Below are positions 30,248-39,881 of a DNA stretch of 64,000 nucleotides, one piece after another. Both the position numbers and the translations under genes were made by a program. This DNA comes from Planctomycetota bacterium (lineage in GTDB: Bacteria; Planctomycetota; Planctomycetia; Pirellulales; Lacipirellulaceae), in assembly GCA_039190745.1 (NCBI GenBank), contig JBCCXZ010000002.1, forward strand, positions 64,001 to 128,000, written 5' to 3'. Numbering within the stretch: position 1 is the first letter of the stretch; each line of letters begins with the position of its first letter. The notes under the pieces are model-generated. The model did no database searches, was not told the DNA's origin, and worked only from the letters and a program-made list of their open reading frames with translations.

Positions 30248-33200
30248 GCCGACGACCTCGCGCTGACATCGACACCCGAGTGGCTCTGGGCGCTAGTCGG
30301 GTGCGCCCCGGTCCAAGAGTGGGTCGCGGAATCGGCCGTCGCTGCACGCGGAGAGGCGCCGGATGCGTCCTGTGCCAGCGCAGAATAGCGACGCAAGAAC
30401 GTGGCCGCTCCGGCTGCAGACCCTCCTGCAAAAACGCCCAGCGCCAGCGGCAGAGACAGCAGCGGCCACACGGCACAGCAGACGGCCAGTGCCGCCATGG
30501 CGGTCGTCACCAGAGCAACCCGGGAACGCGCTGCGAGGCTGCCCGCCAAGGCAAGGGTCGCAAAGAAACCGAGCGACACAAGCAGGATAACCCAAGCCCG
30601 GTTGAAGACCACAATCGACGTCTCGCCGGGCGGTTCTAGCGAGACCATGACATAGCGGGGGCCGGTCCACGGCGCCGCCTCGGAGTCGGGCCACGCCATC
30701 CATTCACCGATTTCCGCGGCCGTGTCGCGGTTAGCAGCTTGAGATCCAGGGCGTCTCGGCGACGCCATGCTTGCCGCGAACCCTTCAGGGACGCCGGCGA
30801 GCACCTTGCCGGACGGCAGCATCAGTTCCCACACCACCGGGTAGGCTGCATCCACGCCGCTAATCTGCACCGGCGCTAGCCCAGGCGTCCGGCCGTTGAG
30901 TGGCCGCAGCCACCGCACTTCGAGCGTGTGCGTGCGCTCTCCGTCGGCCGCGTCGGTGCGACCCGGTTCACCGGGCAGCGTGACGCGCAACCCCTGGTTC
31001 TCATCCGGTTGCGGTTCGACGCGACGCCCGTCGAGCAGAACTTCGATCGGCAAGCCGACCGTAACGGACGGGAGCGACAGGAGCAGTTCGCTCTCGGCCC
31101 GCAGGCGGAACCGTTGTCGATCTTGCTGAACGCGACCAACCACCCACGACTGCAGCCAAGCCTTCTCGACCGCGACGCTGGAATCGGTCGTTTGTCCCGT
31201 AGGCGAAACCGAAAAGGGGATGGCCCAGGGGTCGCCGCTCGACGAGAAAGACGCTGCCGCCTCGGCAGTGCCGGACGGTGATCGCGACCAAGACGATGCG
31301 TACCGCCCCGCCGCGAGGTTGCACGCGTAACCCTGCGGCGTGCGGATTGTGACCCGCCGGGCCACGCTGTTCGCTTGGGCGGCGCACAGCGGGACGCTCC
31401 AGGCAACCGAGTCGGGTTGGCCGGTCAGGTCGATCGCCCAGCGGTAACGGAGGCCGAACTCCGACAGCCCCTCGAGCGGTTCGTCGAGCCGCAGCCGGAC
31501 CGCTACGGGGTCGCCCCGACCATCGGAGCCGTCTTCTGTTGCGGCATCGGGCGCCGCTACATCGATCGGCCGCCACAGTTCGCCTTCTCTGATCTCAAGA
31601 GCGACACCACGATCGATCAGGGCCTGAGGGACTAGCAGGGCGATTTCTCGCTCCTGCCCATATTGGACGGCGCAGTCGTAGCGCTGCGTGACCGCCGCTG
31701 CGCCGTTCTCGATGTCGATGCTTGTCTGCAGATCAATGTCCAACCGCACCGGTCGTTGGCTCACTCGGGTTGCGAAGGCAACCTCTCTAGAGAAGGTCCT
31801 GTAGTAGAACGCACCATTGGCAAGCCCGCCTTCGTCGCGGTCGATCTTTGCCAGGCTCGAAAGGCCCACCATGCCCTGGGAGACAGGGCTGAGCGCCAAC
31901 GCGGGATCGGCGTCAACCGTCATCGATCCTGGCAGGGTGCTCCCGCCGACTGGCTCGGGCAGGGGCAGGGAAAACTGCCGCCGGTCTCCCTGCGTATCGC
32001 GTCGCAGTTTGAGCGTCACCCGGGTGGATGTTGTGGCAGGAGAACGGAGGTGCATGACGTAAATCCCGCTGCTGCTCTCGTAGCAGCGGCTCACATCGAG
32101 AGCGTCACCCGAGGCGGACGGAGCGTCGACGAGCTTCCATTGGTTCAGCGCCACCCTGAGCAGCGAGTCGCCGGGTCCGGTCATTCGGTAGTCAAACTCG
32201 GCGGTCAATTCGGCGTAGCCGGCGGCAATGCGCAGGTCGAACTCCGGGCGGACACGCACCACGCGGCGGACGGGGTCGGTGTGGAGCTTCAACGACCAGT
32301 CGGCGCCGCCAAAGTCGTAGGCCCCAACCGGCTGCGTTCCGCCGGCGTCTGCCTCCGGACGATCGAGCGGTACCTGCTGGATGTTGCCCGTCTGCTCGCA
32401 GAAAACCCGGAGCCGGTCGGTCGACGATACCTCCACGCGGCCGCGCTGCGTGTACGCCCCGAGGACCTCAAACGCAGTGATCGGCAGAGAAGCGGAAACC
32501 GACGCCCCCGGGAGCGGCGCCTCGCAGACCAGGCGGTAGCGGCGGCGGCCGGCGTCGTCGTCCTCTACTGGCGTTAACTCGAGCACGCCGGGCCCTGTCT
32601 CGTGCTGATCCGCATTACCTTCCGCGGCGCGGAACCCTTCCGGCAAACGCACCCGGATGCGGCGGTCGGCCGATGCCGGGGTCTTGGTTCGGATGTCGGC
32701 CGCGCACCGCACGCGGTCGGTCTGTACTTCGACCCGGACGAGGGATTCGGCGTTCAGCACAGCGGGGGCTGTCGCGTCGGAGGTTTGAGGTTGAGTCCAC
32801 TCGACCTCGATGGGCGAGACACCGCCTACGGCCTCGAGCGCAACGCCCGCCTCATCCGATGCCGGCAGGGGACGCACCCCCGGCGTGGAGTGGAGCAAGT
32901 TAACCGGACGCTCGAACAGGATCTCCAAACGTTGGCTCACCGCCGAGGGAACGGAGAGCTTCCATCGCGACGCATCGGCCCGCCGGTCGACTAAGGTGCG
33001 GCCCTTGAGTTCGAGGGTAGACCGTGCCCCTCGGTCTCCCCAAAGCCAGAGAGCGTATCCGCCGCCGCTGCTTTCTACAGCCAAGACCCCTTCCTCCGGG
33101 GTCAGTTGAATCTCTTCGAGGATTAGTCCCGGCATGAGCAGGGGCACACGCAGCTGCCCGCCGCTCGTCTTGCGGACGACGACCTGCAGTTGAACACGCG

Positions 33201-33528
33201 CTTCGGCTTCGAAGATATTGGCGGCACCTTGGAGCTGTTCAATCACGGCACGCGGCGGGACGCCAACAGCGGCGTCCGGCCGGCCGGTCCACGCACGCAT
33301 CAACTCCTCGTACTTGGCTCCGACGACGCGGCGGAGGTTGCCCTGCTCATCAGGCAGGAGAAAGACATCCGGCAGAGGCCCGGGCGCGCCAGCCTGTGCT
33401 GAGATCGTTTCCAGGGGACGTGTCGCGTCGGACTCTGCCTCGTCACCCGCCACCAGTGCCGCCCCGCCGGGAAGCAGCCAGAGCAGCATGGCAAGCCGCA
33501 AGCCTCGGGTGGTCGGGCTAAGTCTCAT
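30244..33528 (-). CDS. Large (about 1094 aa) hypothetical exported/membrane protein
   Basis: Signal peptide, beta-rich repeats, about 3 C-terminal TM helices; TATAAT on the minus strand at 33669-33674 supports a start downstream of it. Confidence 0.8.
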   Translation of the reverse strand: MRLSPTTRGLRLAMLLWLLPGGAALVAGDEAESDATRPLETISAQAGAPGPLPDVFLLPDEQGNLRRVVGAKYEELMRAWTGRPDAAVGVPPRAVIEQLQGAANIFEAEARVQLQVVVRKTSGGQLRVPLLMPGLILEEIQLTPEEGVLAVESSGGGYALWLWGDRGARSTLELKGRTLVDRRADASRWKLSVPSAVSQRLEILFERPVNLLHSTPGVRPLPASDEAGVALEAVGGVSPIEVEWTQPQTSDATAPAVLNAESLVRVEVQTDRVRCAADIRTKTPASADRRIRVRLPEGFRAAEGNADQHETGPGVLELTPVEDDDAGRRRYRLVCEAPLPGASVSASLPITAFEVLGAYTQRGRVEVSSTDRLRVFCEQTGNIQQVPLDRPEADAGGTQPVGAYDFGGADWSLKLHTDPVRRVVRVRPEFDLRIAAGYAELTAEFDYRMTGPGDSLLRVALNQWKLVDAPSASGDALDVSRCYESSSGIYVMHLRSPATTSTRVTLKLRRDTQGDRRQFSLPLPEPVGGSTLPGSMTVDADPALALSPVSQGMVGLSSLAKIDRDEGGLANGAFYYRTFSREVAFATRVSQRPVRLDIDLQTSIDIENGAAAVTQRYDCAVQYGQEREIALLVPQALIDRGVALEIREGELWRPIDVAAPDAATEDGSDGRGDPVAVRLRLDEPLEGLSEFGLRYRWAIDLTGQPDSVAWSVPLCAAQANSVARRVTIRTPQGYACNLAAGRYASSWSRSPSGTAEAAASFSSSGDPWAIPFSVSPTGQTTDSSVAVEKAWLQSWVVGRVQQDRQRFRLRAESELLLSLPSVTVGLPIEVLLDGRRVEPQPDENQGLRVTLPGEPGRTDAADGERTHTLEVRWLRPLNGRTPGLAPVQISGVDAAYPVVWELMLPSGKVLAGVPEGFAASMASPRRPGSQAANRDTAAEIGEWMAWPDSEAAPWTGPRYVMVSLEPPGETSIVVFNRAWVILLVSLGFFATLALAGSLAARSRVALVTTAMAALAVCCAVWPLLSLPLALGVFAGGSAAGAATFLRRYSALAQDASGASPRAATADSATHSWTGAHPTSAQSHSGVDVSARSSA

Positions 33529-33699
33529 ACGGCCGTTAGGGACGGTTGCAGGCGGGAAGAGTGTAACCCACGGCGGGCTGGCCCAGTTGACGATCGAGCC
33601 CGGATCGAACGCGGTGATCGCCGCCCCACACGTGGACGGCAATGGAATGGCAGCTCGGTAAGCCGGGGATTATACGTGCGAGCTTCCGAGTCGGCTGCG

Positions 33700-34527
33700 C
33701 TAGGCAAGCAGGGCAAGCACGGCGGAGTGGAGTTCGCCCGTTGCGGCTGCCAGGTAGTTCGGCTCTTCGATCCGGAAGTCACCGCCAGTAGAAGAGGTTA
33801 CGACACCGCCCGCCTCGGTGATGAGCAGCACCCCTGCGGCGGCGTCCCAAGGACGAATCGAGTGCGCCCAGTGGGCGTCCATCCTGCCCGATGCGACGTA
33901 GGCCAGGTTCAGCGCAGCCGACCCGGTCCGCCGGATCGCCCGGCAAGCCGGAGAAACACGCAGCATGCTGTTTAGGTCTGCGTCGTCCGAAGAAACCTGA
34001 GGCGGCAGACTCGCGGCGACCAAGGCTTCGTTGATTTCGGTGGTCTCGGAGGCGCGGATCGGCTGCCCGTTGAGCTCCGCACCGTGCCCCAACGCAGCGG
34101 CGAAGCACTCTTGCCTTAAAGGGTCAAACACCGCTCCCGCAACGACCTGACCCCGAAAGCAAACCGCGACCGAAACGGCAAAAAACGGGAAGTCGTGGAC
34201 GTAGTTCGTGGTCCCGTCCAAAGGGTCGACGACCCAGCAATACTCGGATTCCAGTTGGGCAAAGTCTTCCGATTCCTCACCCAGGAATCCGTGCTCGGGG
34301 TAGGCGTCGGCCACGACCCGTCGGATCGCTTCCTGGGAAGCCAAATCGGCGTCGGTCACGAAGTCTCGCGGGGCCTTCTCGCGGGAAGCGGCTGTCCCGC
34401 GGAGCCTTAGCAACTCGGCCCCGCCCAGCTTCGCGGCCGCTTCGCAGAGTTCTAGGAGTGGGCTGAGTTCATCGGTTCGAGGCACGGGCTGACTCTGGGA
34501 TTTCGGAGACGAACGACGCAAGGCCAT
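33700..34527 (-). CDS. suhB: Inositol monophosphatase family protein (SuhB-like)
   Basis: DFVTDAD, LGEE, WVVDPLDGTTNY, RRTGSAALNLAYVASG, PWDAAAG. Confidence 0.9.
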   Translation of the reverse strand: MALRRSSPKSQSQPVPRTDELSPLLELCEAAAKLGGAELLRLRGTAASREKAPRDFVTDADLASQEAIRRVVADAYPEHGFLGEESEDFAQLESEYCWVVDPLDGTTNYVHDFPFFAVSVAVCFRGQVVAGAVFDPLRQECFAAALGHGAELNGQPIRASETTEINEALVAASLPPQVSSDDADLNSMLRVSPACRAIRRTGSAALNLAYVASGRMDAHWAHSIRPWDAAAGVLLITEAGGVVTSSTGGDFRIEEPNYLAAATGELHSAVLALLA

Positions 34528-34655
34528 TAGGAGACTTGGCTTACAGCCTGCTTTCCAGCGATACGGGAAGATCGAAACAGGGCAAACACGCTCGCAAGCA
34601 AAAAAGAAGCGGCGCAACTGCTGGACAGCTTACCGCAAATGAGTATGATCGTTCA

Positions 34656-34817
34656 GTGAAGAAGGAGTTAGCAGACCGTGTCCGCGGGCATTGGCCAGCC
34701 GCTCTTTTGCAGCGGTTTCGACTTTGCCTCATCTTATCATTCCCCCACTGCAGACACGGCCTCTTCTCTGTTCCGGCCCCGTCGCTTCACCCTCGGGTGT
34801 TTCGGCGGGGTTTTTTA
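34656..34817 (+). ncRNA. Candidate structured non-coding RNA or leader with intrinsic terminator
   Basis: TGGACA-16nt-TATGAT upstream; long-range stem 34676-34687/34748-34759 enclosing an inner hairpin; GC hairpin 34776-34811 followed by a T-run. Confidence 0.4.
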
Positions 34818-34903
34818 TTGGGATTACGCATCGAACGAGTTAACCGGCTGCCGGGATCGTCGTTGACCTCACACGCTTGGTCGACACTCCTGCCGAATGT
34901 CGC

Positions 34904-35581
34904 ATGACTGAAGCCTGGCGCCTGGAAGCAAACCGCGCGACACTCCGCACCCCGGAGCTCAGCGCCATGCTCGACGCGACACAGCCCGGTTTGGGTCTGC
35001 AGTCGGTCTTCCGCGGCGAGCAGAAAGTTGCGGACTCGCTCTTCGGAGTTGGGCTGGAGAGCGAAACACTTCGGCTAGTGGACTGCTTCGTACGGACCAG
35101 CGACCTCGTTGGTCGTTACGAGACTGCCAACGGCCAAACGCACCTGACTGCTTATTGGCGACTCAGCCACGCCGAGGGGTCGGGCATCGGTATCGACCTT
35201 GTCGCTTCAGTGAGCACGGACGTGCTGGAAGCGTTTCCCGACCTGCGTTCGTCGAGCACTTATAGAGATTCAAACGCGGTTCTCTGGCAGGCAGGGGATG
35301 ACGCTAACGAAAAGAGCGACCGCGCCGTGATCGTTGCGGGAGACGGCTGGTCGGCGGTGGAATTGCCGCTGGAAGGTTCGCACGCCGAGCCGAGCGTGCC
35401 AACTGACGGGGAACAACCCTCGGTCTCTTGGCGCCTGGCTTCGGGCTTTATGGAGAAGGGCGTTATCCGCCGGGCGGTGCTCCGCTGCCGGTTGCAACAC
35501 GGAGCGAGCCAGCCGAGCGACACGCAAGTGGCCGCCTGGCTCGAGGACCTCCGTGTACCCGGCCCTCCGCTTTCGGCGTAG
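34904..35581 (+). CDS. Hypothetical protein
   Basis: 225-aa ORF filling the gap; C-terminal FMEKGVIRRAVLR...PPLS. Confidence 0.7.
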   Translation: MTEAWRLEANRATLRTPELSAMLDATQPGLGLQSVFRGEQKVADSLFGVGLESETLRLVDCFVRTSDLVGRYETANGQTHLTAYWRLSHAEGSGIGIDLVASVSTDVLEAFPDLRSSSTYRDSNAVLWQAGDDANEKSDRAVIVAGDGWSAVELPLEGSHAEPSVPTDGEQPSVSWRLASGFMEKGVIRRAVLRCRLQHGASQPSDTQVAAWLEDLRVPGPPLSA

Positions 35582-35599
35582 CCGCTCGCAGCTACCTCG

Positions 35600-36205
35600 T
35601 TAGGGCGTCTTGCGTAGCTGAGGTTTTCCAACCGGAAGGGGCTCGGCCTGCTTCGGCAAGAGCACGCGCGACGGGCCAGAGAGGTCGGCGACCGTCAGGA
35701 GTTCGGCCAAACCGGCACCGGCTAGTTCCGGGCCAGAGACGTAGCGGCCGGGGTTGATCCAATCGGTCATCAAGTCGCGGGAGACGCCGAACAACTCGGC
35801 GAGTAGCGAGTCCATATCCTTTTCGAGGTTGGCGAAATGGCGGGCCCACTCGGCGGCCTCGGCCATGCCGACGTTCTCTTCGCTCTGCCAACGCATGGGG
35901 TGGAAGAGCAGGACGCTGTAGGGGGTGACCCAGCGGTTCTCGCAAGCGGCGAACGGCCAGAGCGCCGCCGACGAACACTCGCCCGTGACGATCCCGGTGG
36001 CCCGCAAGCCGCGGAGCCGGAGGATGGTCATCAGCGAGACGGCGCAGTAGGGGCTGCCGCCGGGCGAATCGAAATAGATGGTGCACTCGCCGCCGGGCGG
36101 GATTTCGAGCAGCCGCTCGGTGAGCTCAGCCTCCCGATCGGTGAGGTCTCCGCAGAGAGAAATCTCCGGGGCGGGTTCGTCGTCCGTCTCGTGTTGTTGG
36201 CTCAT
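35600..36205 (-). CDS. ClpP-like protease (divergent)
   Basis: IYFDSPGG, ECSSAA (catalytic Ser position), LFHP (catalytic His position). Confidence 0.85.
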   Translation of the reverse strand: MSQQHETDDEPAPEISLCGDLTDREAELTERLLEIPPGGECTIYFDSPGGSPYCAVSLMTILRLRGLRATGIVTGECSSAALWPFAACENRWVTPYSVLLFHPMRWQSEENVGMAEAAEWARHFANLEKDMDSLLAELFGVSRDLMTDWINPGRYVSGPELAGAGLAELLTVADLSGPSRVLLPKQAEPLPVGKPQLRKTP

Positions 36206-36430
36206 GTTGAGGCGTCCTGAGCTTCTCGGTTAGGCCCGCATGACGCCCTTTGCTAGAGAGCAAACGGCGGGGCCCATTTCCGTTATTGTAAAGAGAGAGG
36301 CGGGCGACCACCAGTTTCCAGCACGCGCCTGGGACCAACCCGCTGCCCTCACAACCCCTATATCCCTCCTTCGGATGACAGCACCCGCCAGGCCGGCGAC
36401 GCTCCGCCCGGGGCTTTGAGCGGAGAGCCG

Positions 36431-38314
36431 ATGAGCTACCGAAGCCTCCAAGAATGCACCGACGACCTCAGACGCCACGGCCATCTCAGGGAAGTAGACC
36501 ACCCGATCGAGAGCAACCTGGTTGCCGCTGCGGTGCAACGACGGCTCTTCGCGGCGGGCGGGCCGGCGGTGCTGATGCGGAACCTCACGGGCACCGAGTT
36601 CCCGGTGCTGGCGAACCTGTACGGCACGCCCGAGCGGGTGCGCTTCCTGTTCCGCCATTCGCTTGACGCCGTGCGCCGGTTAGTGGAAATCAAATCCGAC
36701 CCCGAGAACCTCAAGAACCGCCCGCTGCGCTACGTCGGCACGCCGCTCACCGCGCTCACGATGCTGCCGCGCAGCGTCCGCCGGGGGCCGGTGCTGGCGA
36801 ACGAGACGACGGTCAGCCGACTGCCGCAAATCACGAGCTGGCCGCACGACGGCGGGGCGTTCGTCACCCTGCCCCAGGTCTACTCAGAAGACCCACGGGC
36901 GCCGGGGCTGAACAAGTCGAACCTCGGCATGTACCGGGTGCAACTGAGCGGCAACGAGTACGCAACCGACGCGGAGATCGGGCTGCATTACCAAACGCAC
37001 CGCTCGATCGGCGTGCACCACCAAGCGGCTCGCGAGCTCGGCAAGCCGCTGCACGTGAATATCTTTGTCGGCGGCCCGCCGTCGATGGCGGTGTCGGCGG
37101 TGATGCCGTTGCCCGAGGGGATGAGCGAGCTGACCTTCGCCGGTGCCTTGGGCGGGCGTCGGGTCCGCATGGTGAAACGACGCGACGGGGCGTCGATTCA
37201 CGCCGACGCCGACTTCTGCATCTGCGGCACGATCGAAGACGGACGCCTGCTGCCCGAGGGCCCGTTCGGCGACCACCTGGGGTACTACGCGCTCACGCAC
37301 GACTTCCCCGTGTTGAAGGTCCACAAGGTGTACCACCGCGACGGCGCCATCTGGCCGTTCACCGTGGTAGGCCGCCCGCCTCAGGAAGACACGATGTTCG
37401 GCGAGCTGATCCACGAGATCACGGGCCCGCTGATCCCCACGGTGCTGCCGGGCGTGGAGGCGGTGCACGCGGTCGACGCGGCGGGCGTCCACCCGCTGCT
37501 GCTGGCGGTCGGCAGCGAACGTTACATGCCGTTCCTCGAAGAGCAGCAGCCTCAGGAACTGCTCACCCAGGCGCACGCCATCTTGGGGCAGGGGCAGCTC
37601 TCGCTGGCGAAGTTCCTGCTGATCGCGGCGCGGCAGGACGAAGCGGGGCTCGACATCCACGACATTGGGGCGTTCCTCGCGCACATGCTGCGGCGGGCCG
37701 ACTGGACGCGCGACCTGCACTTCCACACGCAAACCACGATCGACACGCTCGACTACTCAGGCTTCAGTGTGAACAAGGGGTCGAAGCTCGTAGTCGCCGC
37801 GACGGGTTCGCCGGCATTCGAGCTGGCGACTGAAGTACCGGCCGACTTGCACTTGCCGGAAGGGTTCAACAATCCCATTGTCGCGTTGCCGGGCGTGCTG
37901 GCGGTCGAGGGGCCGCGTTGCCCGGCGCCGTCTTTCGACTACGACGTTTCGCGGACCGCGCGGGCTGCGCACGACGAGCAGGCGCGGGCGGAGATCGAAC
38001 GCTTCTGTGACGCGTTCGCGGCGGACGGCTCGATCAACCGGTTCCGCTGGGTGCTGGTGGTGGACGACAGCCGGTTTGTTGCAGAGTCGCTCAACAACCT
38101 GCTGTGGGCCGTGTTCACGCGGGCAAACCCGGCGACCGATGTTTCGGGCATCGGAGCATTCATCGAAGACAAACACTGGGGCTGCCGCGGGGCGCTTGTG
38201 ATCGACGCACGCATCAAGGCGCACCACGCCCCGATAGTGGAAGAAGACCCCGAAACGACCGCGGCCGTCGAGGCGCTTGCGGCTTCCGGCGGCCCGCTGC
38301 ATGGGCTCTATTAG
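36431..38314 (+). CDS. UbiD family decarboxylase
   Basis: NLYGT, NLGMYRVQ, EGPFGDHLGYY, VGRPPQED, DTLDYS. Confidence 0.92.
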   Translation: MSYRSLQECTDDLRRHGHLREVDHPIESNLVAAAVQRRLFAAGGPAVLMRNLTGTEFPVLANLYGTPERVRFLFRHSLDAVRRLVEIKSDPENLKNRPLRYVGTPLTALTMLPRSVRRGPVLANETTVSRLPQITSWPHDGGAFVTLPQVYSEDPRAPGLNKSNLGMYRVQLSGNEYATDAEIGLHYQTHRSIGVHHQAARELGKPLHVNIFVGGPPSMAVSAVMPLPEGMSELTFAGALGGRRVRMVKRRDGASIHADADFCICGTIEDGRLLPEGPFGDHLGYYALTHDFPVLKVHKVYHRDGAIWPFTVVGRPPQEDTMFGELIHEITGPLIPTVLPGVEAVHAVDAAGVHPLLLAVGSERYMPFLEEQQPQELLTQAHAILGQGQLSLAKFLLIAARQDEAGLDIHDIGAFLAHMLRRADWTRDLHFHTQTTIDTLDYSGFSVNKGSKLVVAATGSPAFELATEVPADLHLPEGFNNPIVALPGVLAVEGPRCPAPSFDYDVSRTARAAHDEQARAEIERFCDAFAADGSINRFRWVLVVDDSRFVAESLNNLLWAVFTRANPATDVSGIGAFIEDKHWGCRGALVIDARIKAHHAPIVEEDPETTAAVEALAASGGPLHGLY

Positions 38315-38438
38315 TCGGCCTTTCTTGCGCCGCGTCCACTTCCTGTAGGGCGGTTGGTCGACAGCGGCTATCCTGTAGGGCTTGCGTCGAGCGTCTGCAG
38401 GACGCGGCGAGCAGCACCTTCTAAGGATTCACGCCACG

Positions 38439-39824
38439 ATGGCATCGATCGCGTTTCACGGCGGAGCCGGCACGGTGACGGGCTCGAAGTTCCTGCTCGA
38501 AGCGGGCGGGTGCGAGGTGCTCGTCGACTGCGGCATGTTTCAGGGCCTGAAAGAGCTGCGGAAACGCAACTGGGACGCGCCCGACTTCGACCCTGCGGCA
38601 CTCGACGCGGTAGTGCTCACCCACGCCCACCTCGACCACACCGGTTACCTGCCCCGAATTGTGAAGCAAGGCTTCCAGCGGAAGGTGTACTGCACGCCCG
38701 CCACGAGCAAGCTGGCAGAGCTGATCCTGCTCGACTCGGCCAAGTGCCAGGAGTACGACGCGGAGTACGCCAACCGTAAAGGGTACTCCAAGCACAAACC
38801 GGCCAAGCCGCTGTACAACGGCCGCGACGTCGAGCGCACGGTGTCGCTCTTCCGAGAAGTACGCCGCGGCGAGTGGTTCCAAGCCGCGGGGCCGATCTGG
38901 ATGCGGTTCTACGACGCCGGACACCTGCTCGGCTCGAGCATGATCGAGGTTGAACTCCGCGAGAACGACCCTCCGATCCGGCTGCTATTCTCCGGCGACG
39001 TCGGCCGGTACGACGGCCCACTGTACCACGACCCAGCGCCGCCCCCGGCTTGCGACTACCTCGTCTGCGAGAGCACCTACGGCAACCGCGACCACCCGGA
39101 GGTCGACCTGCTCGACTCCCTTGCCGAGGTCGTCGGCCGGGCGGTCGAGCGCGGCGGCGTGATGCTGGTCGCTTCGTTTGCGGTGGGCCGTGCGCAGCAG
39201 TTGATCTACTTGCTGCAACTGCTGAAGGGCGCGGGCCGGATACCAGACCTGCCGGTTTACCTCGACAGCCCGATGGCTTGCAACGCGACGCAGATCTACC
39301 GCTCGCACGCCAGCGACCACGACCTGAGCGACGGCGAGCTGGCCGACGACCGCCCGGTGCTCGGCGGCCCGCAGGTGCACCTGTGCAAGAAAACCGACGC
39401 CTCGAAGGCGCTCAACCATCTCGAAGGACCGGCGGTGATCATCTCGAGCAGTGGCATGATGACCGGGGGCCGGATCATCCACCACCTGAAGCAAAGGCTG
39501 CCAAGCGAGAAAAACACGATCGTGCTCGGCGGCTACATGGCCAAGGGCACGCGCGGCCGGCGGCTGCAGGAAGGCTGCGAGACGTTGCGGATGCACGGCC
39601 GCGACGTGCCGGTGCGGGCGGCGATAGAGACCGTTTCGGGCCTCAGCGGCCACGCGGGCCGGAGCGAGCTGCACCGCTGGCTCGAGCCGCTCCCCGATCC
39701 CAAGCGTGTGTTCCTCACGCACGGCGAACCGGACAGCCTTGACGCTTTTTCAGCCGACCTAAAGTCCTCCCGCGGGTGGGAGGTCACGGTCCCCGGCCTT
39801 GGCGACCGCTGTGAGCTAACCTAG
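38439..39824 (+). CDS. Metallo-beta-lactamase / beta-CASP RNA-processing hydrolase
   Basis: VTGS, VDCGMFQG, THAHLDHTG, AGHLLGS, SGDVG, ESTYG, FAVGRAQ, SGHAG, THGEP. Confidence 0.93.
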   Translation: MASIAFHGGAGTVTGSKFLLEAGGCEVLVDCGMFQGLKELRKRNWDAPDFDPAALDAVVLTHAHLDHTGYLPRIVKQGFQRKVYCTPATSKLAELILLDSAKCQEYDAEYANRKGYSKHKPAKPLYNGRDVERTVSLFREVRRGEWFQAAGPIWMRFYDAGHLLGSSMIEVELRENDPPIRLLFSGDVGRYDGPLYHDPAPPPACDYLVCESTYGNRDHPEVDLLDSLAEVVGRAVERGGVMLVASFAVGRAQQLIYLLQLLKGAGRIPDLPVYLDSPMACNATQIYRSHASDHDLSDGELADDRPVLGGPQVHLCKKTDASKALNHLEGPAVIISSSGMMTGGRIIHHLKQRLPSEKNTIVLGGYMAKGTRGRRLQEGCETLRMHGRDVPVRAAIETVSGLSGHAGRSELHRWLEPLPDPKRVFLTHGEPDSLDAFSADLKSSRGWEVTVPGLGDRCELT

Positions 39825-39881
39825 TCTGGCGGCCCGCCGCGTGGCCGCACTCAACCGAAATCCTCTCAGACCGATTGATCG

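Noticed and set aside
34541..34732. 63-aa minus-strand ORF with an RBS-like sequence upstream
   Set aside because: Atypical composition and codon use; the plus-strand RNA structure explains the region better, though a leader peptide is not excluded.
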